Under the pieces are notes generated by a model that was given only the letters and a program-made list of their open reading frames with translations, had not been told where the DNA came from and did no database searches. The position numbers and the translations under genes are program-made. From contig CAVYZV010000005.1 in assembly GCA_963773145.1 (NCBI GenBank), forward strand, positions 366,271-430,270: a DNA stretch of 64,000 bases. The letters are read 5' to 3'. Position 1 is the stretch's first letter. Each line of letters opens with the position of its first letter. This document shows, piece by piece, positions 49,130-63,567 of the stretch. The DNA comes from an uncultured Solirubrobacteraceae bacterium (GTDB lineage Bacteria > Actinomycetota > Thermoleophilia > Solirubrobacterales > Solirubrobacteraceae).

Positions 49130-49978
49130 TCAGGTGATGATGACCCCGAACTCCTGGGCGTAGGTGGCGCCGGGGGCGCCTTCGCCACGGGAGGAGGGCA
49201 CGGCCGGGGTCACGCCGATCCCGGTTTCGGTGTAGCGGCCTTCGAGGATGTTCGCGAGGTGGGGCGGAGACGCGATCCAGGCGGCCACGATCGCCTGCGG
49301 GGTCCCGAGTTCGTAGGTGCCCCAGGCGAGGTTCTCGCCCAGCACGTAGCCGTCGAACGGCGAGGGAAGGTAGCCGGAGCCCTGGATCCTTTCGACCGGT
49401 GTCTCGCCGGACGGGGAGACGTGGGCGAAGTAGTCCAGTTCCACGCATTCGTTGCTGTGGGATTCGGCCGCCGCCTGGAGCTTCGGGTTGGTGCGCAGGG
49501 GCTGCTCGCCTTCGGCGGCCCGCTTCTGGTTGATGAGGCAGAGGATGGCTTCGCGGACGACGGCGATGTTCGCGGGTGTCGGGGTGACTCCGGTTTCGGT
49601 ACAGGGTTTGGCGAGCACGGCGGCGATCATGGCCTCGCGGTTTTCGCCCGCCGAGGCGGACGGGGGGCGGATGCCGGCGCGCGGCTCGTGCCCGGAGGCG
49701 TTGCTGCCATGGAGCCGCAGGCTCACGTGATGAGAGCGGGCCTTCCTGCCCCTCGCGCAGGCCGCCAGTGGGCGGCGGGAGCGGTGGTGGCGGCGCTGGG
49801 CGCGGCGGGCGGCGGCGCAGCGGCTGTGGGCGCGTGCGCGGGCATGCGCGGCGGCGGCCAGCGGGGCCGATGTCCAGGATCGGGTATGGGCGCTGGCCTG
49901 TGCGCCGGCCGCAGCCCCGAGCGGGAGGGCGGCGGCAGCGGACAGGGCGAGGAGGAGACGCGCTGGGCGGCGCTGCAC
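49130..49978 (-). CDS. Secreted CAP (SCP) domain protein
   Basis: Signal peptide, CLINQKRA, AAESHS, YFAH, GENLAWG, WIASPPHLANIL, TGIG. Confidence 0.88.
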   Translation of the reverse strand: MQRRPARLLLALSAAAALPLGAAAGAQASAHTRSWTSAPLAAAAHARARAHSRCAAARRAQRRHHRSRRPLAACARGRKARSHHVSLRLHGSNASGHEPRAGIRPPSASAGENREAMIAAVLAKPCTETGVTPTPANIAVVREAILCLINQKRAAEGEQPLRTNPKLQAAAESHSNECVELDYFAHVSPSGETPVERIQGSGYLPSPFDGYVLGENLAWGTYELGTPQAIVAAWIASPPHLANILEGRYTETGIGVTPAVPSSRGEGAPGATYAQEFGVIIT

Positions 49979-50084
49979 CCCCCCTTCTTCGGATACCTGG
50001 GGCGCGACCTTGAGCGCCCTGGCCGACTTTTGGGCCGCTGGGCGAGCTCTTGCAGGAGACGCCCCCGGATTGGCGCCCGTTGGG

Positions 50085-52685
<2,601 letters not shown>

Positions 52686-52702
52686 AGACGATCACCTCCT
52701 CC

Positions 52703-55339
<2,637 letters not shown>

Positions 55340-55630
55340 CTATCCGGTGCGGCAACGCAGGGCGCGCACCGCGGGCTCCCCGAGGGCATCGTTGAGGCGC
55401 TCCAACAGCGCGCCCTCCATCAGCTCGAGCTCCTGGGCCCAGACGGCCGCCTCGCAGCTCACCGTGAGCACGCCCTCGTGCTCGGCGACCGGGCGTGCAG
55501 CGGCGGCGATCGCGGGGCCGGCGGCGGCCGGCCAGGCCTGCTGGACGCGGGCCAGGGGGGTCGCCGGGGCGAGCCCGTCGACGAGCGTGCCGAGGGCCGA
55601 GGAGATCGGTCGTGGGGCCCTGCGGCTCAC
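55340..55630 (-). CDS. DUF721/DciA family protein
   Basis: WPAAAGPAIA, GVLTVSCEAAVWAQEL; canonical position recF-DUF721-gyrB; GTGA overlap. Confidence 0.88.
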   Translation of the reverse strand: MSRRAPRPISSALGTLVDGLAPATPLARVQQAWPAAAGPAIAAAARPVAEHEGVLTVSCEAAVWAQELELMEGALLERLNDALGEPAVRALRCRTG

Positions 55631-56751
55631 GCGGCGATGGCCTCCTGCATGACGGCACCGGGGGAGATCCGCAGGCGCGCCACGGCCGCGTCGCCGGCGC
55701 CGGGCACGTGGCCGAGGTCGGTGGTGGCGATCACGCTCTGACCGCCCGAGCGCAGCTCGCTCGCGAGCATCTCGCGGCGCTCGGCGTCGAGCTCGCTCAT
55801 CACGTCGTCGAGCAGCATCAGGGGGATCTGGCCGCGCTCCTGGGCCAGCACCGCGCGCTCGGCGAGCAGCAGCGCGAGCAGGGCCAGGCGCTGCTCGCCC
55901 TGGGAGCCGTACACCCTCAGCTCGCGTCCGTCGCGCAGCACGGCCAGCTCGTCGCGGTGGGGCCCGTAGCCGCTGAAGCCACGTTCGAGGTCGCGCTCGA
56001 GGCGGTCGGAGAGCTCGCGCACGTACTCCTCGGCGTCGGCGACGGTGACCCGGGGGCGGTAGCGCAGCGAGACCTCGCCGAGCACCCCGAGCCCGCGGGC
56101 GCGCTCGGCGAAGACCTCGGCCAGCAGGTCGACGGCGCGCTGGCGGTGCTCGCGCACACGCAGGCCGGCGCGCGCCAGCTCGTGGTCCCAGGCCCCCAGC
56201 GAGGCGCGCGACGCGCGCCCGGCGCGGATCCCTGCGAGCAGCGCGTTGCGCTGGGCCAGCGCGCGCGAGTACTCGCCGCGATCGGCCCCACGGGCCGGCC
56301 ACAGGGCCGCCACCAGCTGGTCCATGTGCGAGCGACGCAGGGCAGGCGGGCCTTTGATCAGCTCCAGGCGGTCGGGCAGGAAGACGCTCACCAGGGGCCG
56401 GAAGCCGAGGTCCAGGACGCGCTCCACCGGGGCGCCGTCCGCGCTCATGCGCTTGGCCGCCTGAGACGCGCCGGCGCTCACGCCGAAGCCGATCGCCAGC
56501 TCGTGGGGTTCGTCTCCGTCGAGCAGCTGGACCGTGACACGCGCGGCCTCGGCGCCGAAGCGCACCAGCTCACGCTCGTTGCGGGTACGGGGCGAGCGGC
56601 CGGTGCAGCCGTAGTAGACGGCCTCCAGGAGGTTGCTCTTGCCGGCTCCGTTGGGCCCGTGGACGACGCTCAGCGAGCCGCCGAGGGCGGCCTCGGCGCG
56701 CGTGTAGCTGCGAAAGTCCCGCAGCTGCACGGACAGGACACGCGCTGCCAC
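55627..56751 (-). CDS. recF: DNA replication/repair protein RecF
   Basis: FRSY, GPNGAGKSNLLEA, GPHRDE, GSQGEQR, LLDDVMSELD. Confidence 0.96.
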   Translation of the reverse strand: MAARVLSVQLRDFRSYTRAEAALGGSLSVVHGPNGAGKSNLLEAVYYGCTGRSPRTRNERELVRFGAEAARVTVQLLDGDEPHELAIGFGVSAGASQAAKRMSADGAPVERVLDLGFRPLVSVFLPDRLELIKGPPALRRSHMDQLVAALWPARGADRGEYSRALAQRNALLAGIRAGRASRASLGAWDHELARAGLRVREHRQRAVDLLAEVFAERARGLGVLGEVSLRYRPRVTVADAEEYVRELSDRLERDLERGFSGYGPHRDELAVLRDGRELRVYGSQGEQRLALLALLLAERAVLAQERGQIPLMLLDDVMSELDAERREMLASELRSGGQSVIATTDLGHVPGAGDAAVARLRISPGAVMQEAIAA

Positions 56752-56755
56752 GGCT

Positions 56756-57868
56756 TCACACGTTCAGGCGGATCGGCATGATCAGGTACACGAAGTCGCC
56801 CGTCTCCGGTGTTTCGATCACGCCGGGGCGCAAGGGGCTGATCAGCTTCAGCACCAGCTCCTGGGACTCGATGCTCTCGAGCCCGTCCTTGAGGAACTCG
56901 GGGTTGAAGCCGATCTCGAACACCTCGCCGTGGAACGGCACCGGGATCGCCTCGCTGGCCTCGCCGATGTCGGGGGTCTGGGCCGAGACCGTGAGCGTGC
57001 CCTCGCTGAAGCTCAGGCGCAGGGGCGCGTTCTTCTGGGCCATGAGGCTGATGCGGCGCACCACCTCACCGAGCTCGGTGGTCGACATGCGCAGCTCGTG
57101 GTCGACCGAGTCGGGGAGCAGCTGGCGGTAGTTGGGGAACTGTCCGTCGATCAGGCGGGAGGACAGCACCGTGTCGCCGAGCTCGAAGATCACCTGGTTG
57201 GATCCGCGGCTGACCGACAGCGTGTCGGTGTCCGTGGATGAGGCGATGCGGACGAGCTCCTGCAGGGCCCGGGCCGGCACGTTGACCTCCAGCGCGCTCT
57301 GCACGGCGGGCTCGATCGCCGTCTGCTTGACGCACAGCCGGTAGGAGTCGGTGGCCACCATCCGCAGCTCCGACCCGGAGGCGGTCATCAGGATCCCGGT
57401 GAGGACCGGGCGGGTCTCGTCGCGGGAGGCCGAGCGGGCCACGCGGCTGACGGTCTCCACGAACGCCTCCGCGGGGAGCGTGACGCGGGTGTCGGGCTCG
57501 GGCTCGGGCAGCGTCGGGAAGTCCTCCGCGCGCAGGGTGCGCAGGTGGAACGTGGCGGGGCCGCTGATCAGCTCCACGTCTCCCTCGGCGCTGCGGAGCT
57601 CCATCGTCAACTGTTCCGCGGGCAGCGAGCGGACGACATCGAGCAGCAGCCGGGCCGGGAGCACGACTGCGCCGGGGCGCTCGACCTCGGCACTCAGCGG
57701 TACACGCAGGCCCACGTCCATGTCGGTGGCCAGCAGCTCGGGCGGGCTGTCGGGCTGGGCCGAGATCATCACGCCGGACAGCGCCTGCACGGCGCTGCGG
57801 GTCGACGCCACGCGTACCGCGCCCTGGAGTTGGTTCAGGAGATCAGAAGAGGGGAGGGTGAGCTTCAT
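56756..57868 (-). CDS. dnaN: DNA polymerase III beta clamp
   Basis: ATDMD, DETRPVLTG, VATDSYRL, RLIDGQFPNY, IGFNPEFL, LIMPIR. Confidence 0.97.
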   Translation of the reverse strand: MKLTLPSSDLLNQLQGAVRVASTRSAVQALSGVMISAQPDSPPELLATDMDVGLRVPLSAEVERPGAVVLPARLLLDVVRSLPAEQLTMELRSAEGDVELISGPATFHLRTLRAEDFPTLPEPEPDTRVTLPAEAFVETVSRVARSASRDETRPVLTGILMTASGSELRMVATDSYRLCVKQTAIEPAVQSALEVNVPARALQELVRIASSTDTDTLSVSRGSNQVIFELGDTVLSSRLIDGQFPNYRQLLPDSVDHELRMSTTELGEVVRRISLMAQKNAPLRLSFSEGTLTVSAQTPDIGEASEAIPVPFHGEVFEIGFNPEFLKDGLESIESQELVLKLISPLRPGVIETPETGDFVYLIMPIRLNV

Positions 57869-58060
57869 CTATTGGTATTGAGAGATATCGAGAAGTACGT
57901 AGGGGCTGTGGGTATGTGCAGAGCCAACGTTCATCGAGGATCTGATGGAAAGCGTTGGTGGACAGCCGGTGGACTGACGGTGGGCAGTCTCTCAGGCTCA
58001 GCGGTCGCGGGGCACGTCAAGGCTTCGCCGGGGGTTCGCAGCCGAGCGCTGTGCACAGAC
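57869..58060. other. Probable oriC (dnaA-dnaN intergenic region)
   Basis: AT-rich stretch next to dnaN, then ...GAAGTACGTAG-GGGC-TGTGGGTAT-GTGCAGAG (trio-like + GC spacer + tandem DnaA-box layout); further degenerate boxes GGTGGACAG, GGTGGACTG, TGTGCACAG. Confidence 0.75.
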
Positions 58061-59432
58061 GGTGCAGTGCGAGCCTCGAGGACTCGTCGGAGTCGATGCG
58101 GGCACAGGCGCGCTTGCAGGCGTGCATGACGGTGGTGTGGTCGCGCCCGCCGAACTGCTGGCCGATCGAGAGCAGCGACTGGCCGGTGATCTCGCGGGAG
58201 AGGTACATGGCGATCTGGCGGGGCCAGGCTACGCGTGCGGCACGGGAGCTCGAGAGGAGCTCCTCGGGGGAGATGCCGAACAGCTCACAGGCGGCGGTTT
58301 GGATCTCGGCGATCGTGTGCGGCCGCGTCCCGGGCGAGGGTGCCTGTGGGTAGAGGCCGTCGAGGACCTCTTCGGCCAGGCCGCGGGTGAGCGGACGCCC
58401 GCTGAGCGAGCTGAAGGCGACCACGCGGATTAGCGCTCCCTCGAGCGCCCGCACGTTGCTCTGGACGCGGGCGGCGATCACCTCGAGTGCCTGCTCGTCG
58501 TCGAGCTGGACGTCGTCGTGGTGGGCGCGCTTACGCAGGATCGCCAGGCGCGTGGCGGGGTCCGGCGGGCTGATGTCTGCGATCAGCCCGGCGGCGAAGC
58601 GCTCTCGCAGCCTGTCCTCGAGCGCCTGCAGGTCGTGGGGTGGGCGATCGGAGGTCAACACGATCTGGCGCCCGTCGTCGTGGAGGGCGTTGAAGGTGTG
58701 GAAGAACTCTTCCTCGGTGCGGGCCTTGCGCTGCAGGAACTGGACGTCGTCGAGCAGCAGCACGTCGACGTCACGGAAGCGGGCCTTGAAGCGGTCGGCC
58801 TCGCCGGAGGAGAGCGCCGCCAGAAACTCGTTCGTGAACGACTCGCCGGTGGTCGCCCGGACGCTGAGGTCGGGTGCGTGCAGCAGCAGCAGGTTGGCGA
58901 TCGAGCTCAACAGGTGGGTCTTGCCGACGCCGGGAGGGCCGCAGATGAAGAGGGGGTTGTAGGCCTGGGCGGGCATCTCGGCAACGGTCAGCGCAGCCGC
59001 GTGGGCGAGGCGGTTGGAGTCGCCGATCACGAACTGCTCGAAGGTGAGCTTGGGGTTGCCGAGAGGCCCCGTGCGGTAGGACGGCTGCGTGGGCGCCGGC
59101 ACAGCCGCCGGGCGCCCGGAGCGGCCGCGCTCGACTGGCTGCTCGGATGCTTCGGTCAGCTCCAGCTGCCAATCGGGACCGAGCACGAGCTCGACGCTCG
59201 CCTGGATCGCGCGGCCGTAGCGCTCCTGGATCCAGCGGCGCGCGTGTGCGGGGACGGCAACCACGACGGACTGCTCGCGCAGCTCCAGTGCTCGCAGGGG
59301 CTCGAGCCAGATCTTGTAGGTCGGCTCGTCGACCACGAGCGCGAGCTGGGCCTGGACGTGCGACCAAATCTCCTCGAGGTCGTGGTTCACGGCAGCGCCT
59401 TGCGGCTCCTTCCCAGAAGCGGCCAACGTCAC
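58017..59432 (-). CDS. dnaA: Chromosomal replication initiator DnaA (start 59432 or 59390)
   Basis: [43 protein letters not shown]. Confidence 0.97.
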   Translation of the reverse strand: MTLAASGKEPQGAAVNHDLEEIWSHVQAQLALVVDEPTYKIWLEPLRALELREQSVVVAVPAHARRWIQERYGRAIQASVELVLGPDWQLELTEASEQPVERGRSGRPAAVPAPTQPSYRTGPLGNPKLTFEQFVIGDSNRLAHAAALTVAEMPAQAYNPLFICGPPGVGKTHLLSSIANLLLLHAPDLSVRATTGESFTNEFLAALSSGEADRFKARFRDVDVLLLDDVQFLQRKARTEEEFFHTFNALHDDGRQIVLTSDRPPHDLQALEDRLRERFAAGLIADISPPDPATRLAILRKRAHHDDVQLDDEQALEVIAARVQSNVRALEGALIRVVAFSSLSGRPLTRGLAEEVLDGLYPQAPSPGTRPHTIAEIQTAACELFGISPEELLSSSRAARVAWPRQIAMYLSREITGQSLLSIGQQFGGRDHTTVMHACKRACARIDSDESSRLALHRLCTALGCEPPAKP

Positions 59433-59641
59433 TATTGAAAGAGGACCCCGAGGGCCCGGGAGCAGCGACTATAGCCAACGCCCCAGGGCCGCCGAGAGGG
59501 CTGCTCGCAATTGGCGAGGAATTTTCCAAGCGCCCTTCGGGGCCGCTCACGAGGCCACGCCGAGAGCTCCGATTCGGAAGCCCGGTCGACCTGACCGCAG
59601 GCGGAACTGAGGCCCTCCCGCACCCCTATACTCCATGCGGC

Positions 59642-59776
59642 ATGAAGCGGACCTACCAGCCGAAGAAGCGCAAGCGTGCGCGTGTCCATGGCTTCCGCGC
59701 GCGCATGCGCACGCGGGCCGGGCGGCTGACCCTCAAGCGCCGCCGCGACAAGGGGCGCAAGCGCCTTTCCACCTGA
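59642..59776 (+). CDS. rpmH: 50S ribosomal protein L34
   Basis: [28 protein letters not shown]. Confidence 0.97.
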   Translation: MKRTYQPKKRKRARVHGFRARMRTRAGRLTLKRRRDKGRKRLST

Positions 59777-59801
59777 GACGCCGCGGCTGGCTGCACGCGA
59801 G

Positions 59802-60203
59802 GTGAGCGAGGAGCACGCGATCAAGCCGCGCCTCACGTCCCGCAGCGGACGGCTGTCACGCAGCGCCGAGTTCGAGCGTGTGTATCGCCACGGCCGCTCG
59901 AGCGCCACGCGCGATTTCGTTTTGTACGTCTTCGACAGCCCGACCTCAGGCCCCAGCCGCCTCGGCCTGTCGGTCTCGCGCAAGGTGGGCGGGGCGGTAC
60001 AGCGCAACCGCGTCAAGCGTGTGCTGAGAGAAGCCTTCGCAGCGCTCGCCGGCGAGGTCGGCGACGGTCACGACCTGGTCGTCGTGGCGCGTCCGGGGTC
60101 GGCCGAGCTGGCTGAGCGCGATGGGCTGCAAGGCGTGCAGGGGGCGCTCGCGGAGCTGCTGGCGAAGGCCGGGCTCACGGCTGCCCCGGCGGAGGGCTCA
60201 TGA
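59802..60203 (+). CDS. rnpA: RNase P protein component
   Basis: RLGLSVSRKVGGAVQRNRVKRVLRE. Confidence 0.95.
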   Translation: MSEEHAIKPRLTSRSGRLSRSAEFERVYRHGRSSATRDFVLYVFDSPTSGPSRLGLSVSRKVGGAVQRNRVKRVLREAFAALAGEVGDGHDLVVVARPGSAELAERDGLQGVQGALAELLAKAGLTAAPAEGS

Positions 60204-60529
60204 GCTCGACCGCGGCCCCGCACTCGCAGCCGCCGGCGCCGGTTCGTCTCCTGCGCACGCTCGTGTGCCTGCCGATCGTCCTCTACCAGCGCCTGATCTC
60301 ACCTGCGCTGCCGCGGCGCTGCAAGTACGAGCCGACCTGCTCGCGCTACGCGGTCGACGCGATCCGCGAGTTCGGCGTCGCCCGCGGCCTGGTGCTGGCC
60401 GGCTGGCGGCTGTTGCGCTGCAACCCGTTCAGCTACGGAGGCTTTGACCCGGTCGAGGACCAGCGCCTTTTTAAGGGCGCTCACCCCGCCCATCGGCACG
60501 CCCACCCCGACGGAGACGCACCGGCGTGA
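60200..60529 (+). CDS. yidD: Membrane protein insertion efficiency factor
   Basis: YQRLISP, CKYEPTCSRYA, RLLRCNPF..GGFDPV. Confidence 0.95.
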   Translation: MSSTAAPHSQPPAPVRLLRTLVCLPIVLYQRLISPALPRRCKYEPTCSRYAVDAIREFGVARGLVLAGWRLLRCNPFSYGGFDPVEDQRLFKGAHPAHRHAHPDGDAPA

Positions 60530-61524
60530 TCCTCGCGAACATCATCGAGGACGCCTTCGCGCCCCTGATCAGCCTCTTCGAAGGGATCATGGTGTTCATC
60601 CACGACCACCTCGTGGGGGGCAGCTGGGGCCTGGCGATCGTGCTCTTGACGGTGCTGATCCGGGCGGTGCTGGTGCCGCTGACCTACCGGCAGCTGAAGT
60701 CGATGCAGGAGATGCAGCGCCTGGCGCCCCAGATGCAGGAGATCAAAGAGCGCTACAAGGACGACAAACAGCGCCAGCAGCAGGAGCTGATGAAGTTCTA
60801 CCAGGAGAACAAAATCAACCCGCTGGCCTCCTGCCTGCCGCTGTTGCTGCAGCTGCCCGTGTTCATCTCGCTGTTCTACATGCTGCGCACGGACCTCAAG
60901 AAGCACATCTGCCCGGAAGGGATGATCACGGCCTACAACCACGCCGCCCACAAGATGGTCCAGCACATCGGCGAAGTGCCGGTGAAGTTCGTCGGCGAAA
61001 AGAGCTGCAACGAAGTCCAGCCACACTCGGCCAAGTTCCTGTTCATCCCGGATATCACCAACAAGGCCACGGGGATCGTGCTGGTCGTGCTGATCGTCCT
61101 CTATGTCGGCTCACAGCTGGGCTCGACCCTGATCGCCACCGCCAGCGCCGACCCCAACCAGCGGCGCCTGATGTTGCTGCTGCCGGTCGTGTTCGTGGTG
61201 ATCCTGTTCCGCTACCCCGCGGGGCTGCTCGTGTACTGGATCACGACCAACCTGTGGACGATCGGCCAGCAGTCGATCATCCGCCGCCGATTGCCCCCGC
61301 CGCCACGCCCGGCCAAGGACGGTTCGGCCAACGGCAAAACACGAAGTTCGCTCAAACAGCTGCTGGCGGGCGCCGCGGGAACGCCGGCGCCCGAGGTCGC
61401 GGGCGCGTCCAGCGGCGCAGGATCAAGCGGAGCTTCCGCCGAGGGCGGCACCTCGACGGGTCCCAGCGCGCCGCCACCACGGCCGCCACGCAAGAAGAAG
61501 AAACGATCAGGGAGGCGTAGATGA
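60526..61524 (+). CDS. yidC: Membrane protein insertase YidC
   Basis: WGLAIVLLTVLIR, INPLASCLPLLLQLPVF, GLLVYWITTN, basic C-terminal tail. Confidence 0.95.
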   Translation: MILANIIEDAFAPLISLFEGIMVFIHDHLVGGSWGLAIVLLTVLIRAVLVPLTYRQLKSMQEMQRLAPQMQEIKERYKDDKQRQQQELMKFYQENKINPLASCLPLLLQLPVFISLFYMLRTDLKKHICPEGMITAYNHAAHKMVQHIGEVPVKFVGEKSCNEVQPHSAKFLFIPDITNKATGIVLVVLIVLYVGSQLGSTLIATASADPNQRRLMLLLPVVFVVILFRYPAGLLVYWITTNLWTIGQQSIIRRRLPPPPRPAKDGSANGKTRSSLKQLLAGAAGTPAPEVAGASSGAGSSGASAEGGTSTGPSAPPPRPPRKKKKRSGRRR

Positions 61525-62015
61525 ACGACGCGAGTCCCGAGCCCCAGCAGGACAACGCGGAGCTTGAGCCCGCCGAGGCCCTGGAGGAGCTGCTGGAGGA
61601 AATCGTCGAGACCCTCGATCTCGACGCGAGCATCGAGGTCGAAGAGAGCGACGGCACGCTGACCGGCCGTCTGGAGGGCGAAGGTCTCGGCCTGTTCATC
61701 GGCCGCCGCGGCCAGACGATCGACGCAGTCCAGCACCTGGCCCAACGGATCGTGTTCCCCGAGGGGCCCTCCTCGGTGAGGGTCGTGATCGACGCCGATG
61801 GCTATCGGGAGCGCCGCGCCGAGTCGCTGCGGGCTCAGGCCGACGACGCAGCCGAGGACGCGCTCGCGACCGGCACGCCGGTGGAGCTCGATCCGCTGCC
61901 CGCGTTCGAGCGCAGGATCGTCCACGAGTACCTGCGTGACCGCGGCGATGTGGACACCCACAGCGAGGGCGACGAACCCGATCGCTACCTGATCGTCAGC
62001 CCCAAGGACAGCTGA
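61521..62015 (+). CDS. jag: Jag/EloR/KhpB KH-R3H RNA-binding protein
   Basis: IGRRGQTIDAVQ (KH), ERRIVH (R3H), SEGDEPDR. Confidence 0.92.
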   Translation: MNDASPEPQQDNAELEPAEALEELLEEIVETLDLDASIEVEESDGTLTGRLEGEGLGLFIGRRGQTIDAVQHLAQRIVFPEGPSSVRVVIDADGYRERRAESLRAQADDAAEDALATGTPVELDPLPAFERRIVHEYLRDRGDVDTHSEGDEPDRYLIVSPKDS

Positions 62016-62110
62016 GCCGGGAACGCCCCGTTGGTGCTCGCCGCCGCGGGGCTGCGGTCGCCCAGTCCTCGTCGGTCGCCGCGGTCGCCCAGCCCTCCTC
62101 CCGGCCCTCG

Positions 62111-62509
62111 TCAATCACCGCCGGCGGGCCCGGCCCCCGTCGGGTTACGTTCCTGGCGGCGGAAGAACTCGGCATAGTCCTCGCGCATCGCGCGTACGCG
62201 TTGGGCCGCGTGGGCGTCGATCTCGTCGGTCAGGAGCGACTCCACGACCGGGAGCACGTCCTCGACCAGGGCGGCCCCACGGGCCATCCACTGGTAGTAG
62301 TTGCGCCCGCCGTGACCGTACGGGCCATACAGCCGCGAGCGCGGGAACAGGCGCTCCAGCCACCGGAAGAGGGTCTCGTGGCGGACGTGCATCCGCAGTG
62401 TGATCTGGGGGTAGCGACCGTCGCCCCCGAAGTGGCCCTCGCCGAGCAGGACTCCCACCACCAGGCCGCGCTCGGCGTCCGTCAGCTCCCGCTGCTGGGG
62501 GTCGGCCAC
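62111..62509 (-). CDS. Small single-motif LAGLIDADG-like protein (132 aa)
   Basis: N-terminal helix VVGVLLGEGHF resembles LAGLIDADG with the acidic residue kept; followed by beta-strand QITLRM, helix, YYQW strand; GTG start. Confidence 0.65.
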   Translation of the reverse strand: MADPQQRELTDAERGLVVGVLLGEGHFGGDGRYPQITLRMHVRHETLFRWLERLFPRSRLYGPYGHGGRNYYQWMARGAALVEDVLPVVESLLTDEIDAHAAQRVRAMREDYAEFFRRQERNPTGAGPAGGD

Positions 62510-62518
62510 GGGTTGAAT

Positions 62519-62547
62519 TGTTTCACCGTCAAGAAAAACGTGAAACG
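62519..62547. promoter_or_regulatory. Split parS-like element 1
   Basis: TGTTTCAC-cgtcaagaaaaac-GTGAAACG. Confidence 0.8.
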
Positions 62548-62632
62548 CCGGGCCTTGGGCGGCGAACGCCGGCGCGTGTGGCCCGGGTCGCGCCATGAGG
62601 CCCTCCCGCCGCAGCGGTTCGGGCCGAGAAGT

Positions 62633-62661
62633 TGTTTCACCGTCATGAAAAACGTGAAACG
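62633..62661. promoter_or_regulatory. Split parS-like element 2
   Basis: TGTTTCAC-cgtcatgaaaaac-GTGAAACG. Confidence 0.8.
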
Positions 62662-62844
62662 CCCGGCGGGAGCAGACGGCCCCGCCGAGGGCACGAAGCT
62701 GGGCACTGCCCGGGGCCAACGGGGCCAACGGGGCGCCAACGGGGCCGCAAGGGGCCCGCGGGGCCCGTGGGGCGCCGAGCGGCCCCGCGCGTCGTCCGGG
62801 TCCCGCCACGTGCTGCTCCGCGGCGGTCGTTCGGGCCGGAAAGT

Positions 62845-62873
62845 TGTTTCACCGTCATGAAAAACGTGAAACA
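62845..62873. promoter_or_regulatory. Split parS-like element 3, overlapping the rsmG start
   Basis: TGTTTCAC-cgtcatgaaaaac-GTGAAACA. Confidence 0.8.
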
Positions 62874-63567
62874 CTCCGCGGCGTTGGTTGGGTTGGCCGA
62901 GCGCTACAGCCTCAGCCCCGCTCAGCGGGAGCAGCTGGCCGCGGTTCTGGGCGCGATCGAGCGGGATCCACGGGCGCCTACGAGCGTGCGCGAGCCCGAG
63001 CGGGCGCTCGAGGTGCACCTCGCAGACTCGCTGGTGGCGGTGGAGCTGCCCGAGCTGAAAACCGCCGAGGCGCTCGTGGACATCGGCTCCGGCGCGGGCA
63101 TGCCCGGTGTGGTGCTGGCCGTGGCGCTACCGAGCTGCCAGGTCTCTCTGCTGGAGAGCCAGAGTCGCAAGTGCGCCTTCCTCGAGGACCTGCTCGGGGC
63201 GGCCGGGGTCCCCAACGCGGCGGTGGTGTGCGCGCGCGCGGAGCAGTGGCCACCTGGGCGCGAACGGCACGACGTCGCGTGCGCTCGGGCGCTCGGCGTC
63301 CAAGCGCTGGTGCTCGAGTACGCGGCGCCGCTGCTGAAGGTCGGGGGCGTGCTCGTGGACTGGCGCGGCCGGCGCGATCCTGAGGAGGAGCAGGCGGCGG
63401 TGAGGGCGGGGGAGCTGCTCGGGCTCGAGCGCCGGGCGATCGTCGCTGTCACGCCATATCCACGGGCCACGGATCTGCACCTGCACGTATGGGCCAAGCT
63501 CGAGCCGACGTCCGAGCGCTTTCCCCGCCGCCCCGGAATCGCGCGCAAGCGCCCGCTTGGAGGTTGA
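62857..63567 (+). CDS. rsmG: 16S rRNA m7G527 methyltransferase (start 62857 or 62866)
   Basis: HLADSL, DIGSGAGMPG, LLES..RKCAFL, RAE, ARA, FPRRPG..RKRPL. Confidence 0.94.
   Translation: MKNVKHSAALVGLAERYSLSPAQREQLAAVLGAIERDPRAPTSVREPERALEVHLADSLVAVELPELKTAEALVDIGSGAGMPGVVLAVALPSCQVSLLESQSRKCAFLEDLLGAAGVPNAAVVCARAEQWPPGRERHDVACARALGVQALVLEYAAPLLKVGGVLVDWRGRRDPEEEQAAVRAGELLGLERRAIVAVTPYPRATDLHLHVWAKLEPTSERFPRRPGIARKRPLGG

Noticed and set aside
49985-50014. Sigma-28-like promoter (TCAAG-N15-TCCGAAGA) upstream of the CAP gene
   Set aside because: Single instance with several mismatches to TAAA-N15-GCCGATAA; too weak to call.
62519-62873. CRISPR array (repeats begin GTTTC and end GAAAC)
   Set aside because: Only three copies, spacers of 85 and 183 bp, one copy overlaps the rsmG start, and no cas genes are present. 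The parS half-site match explains the ends better.
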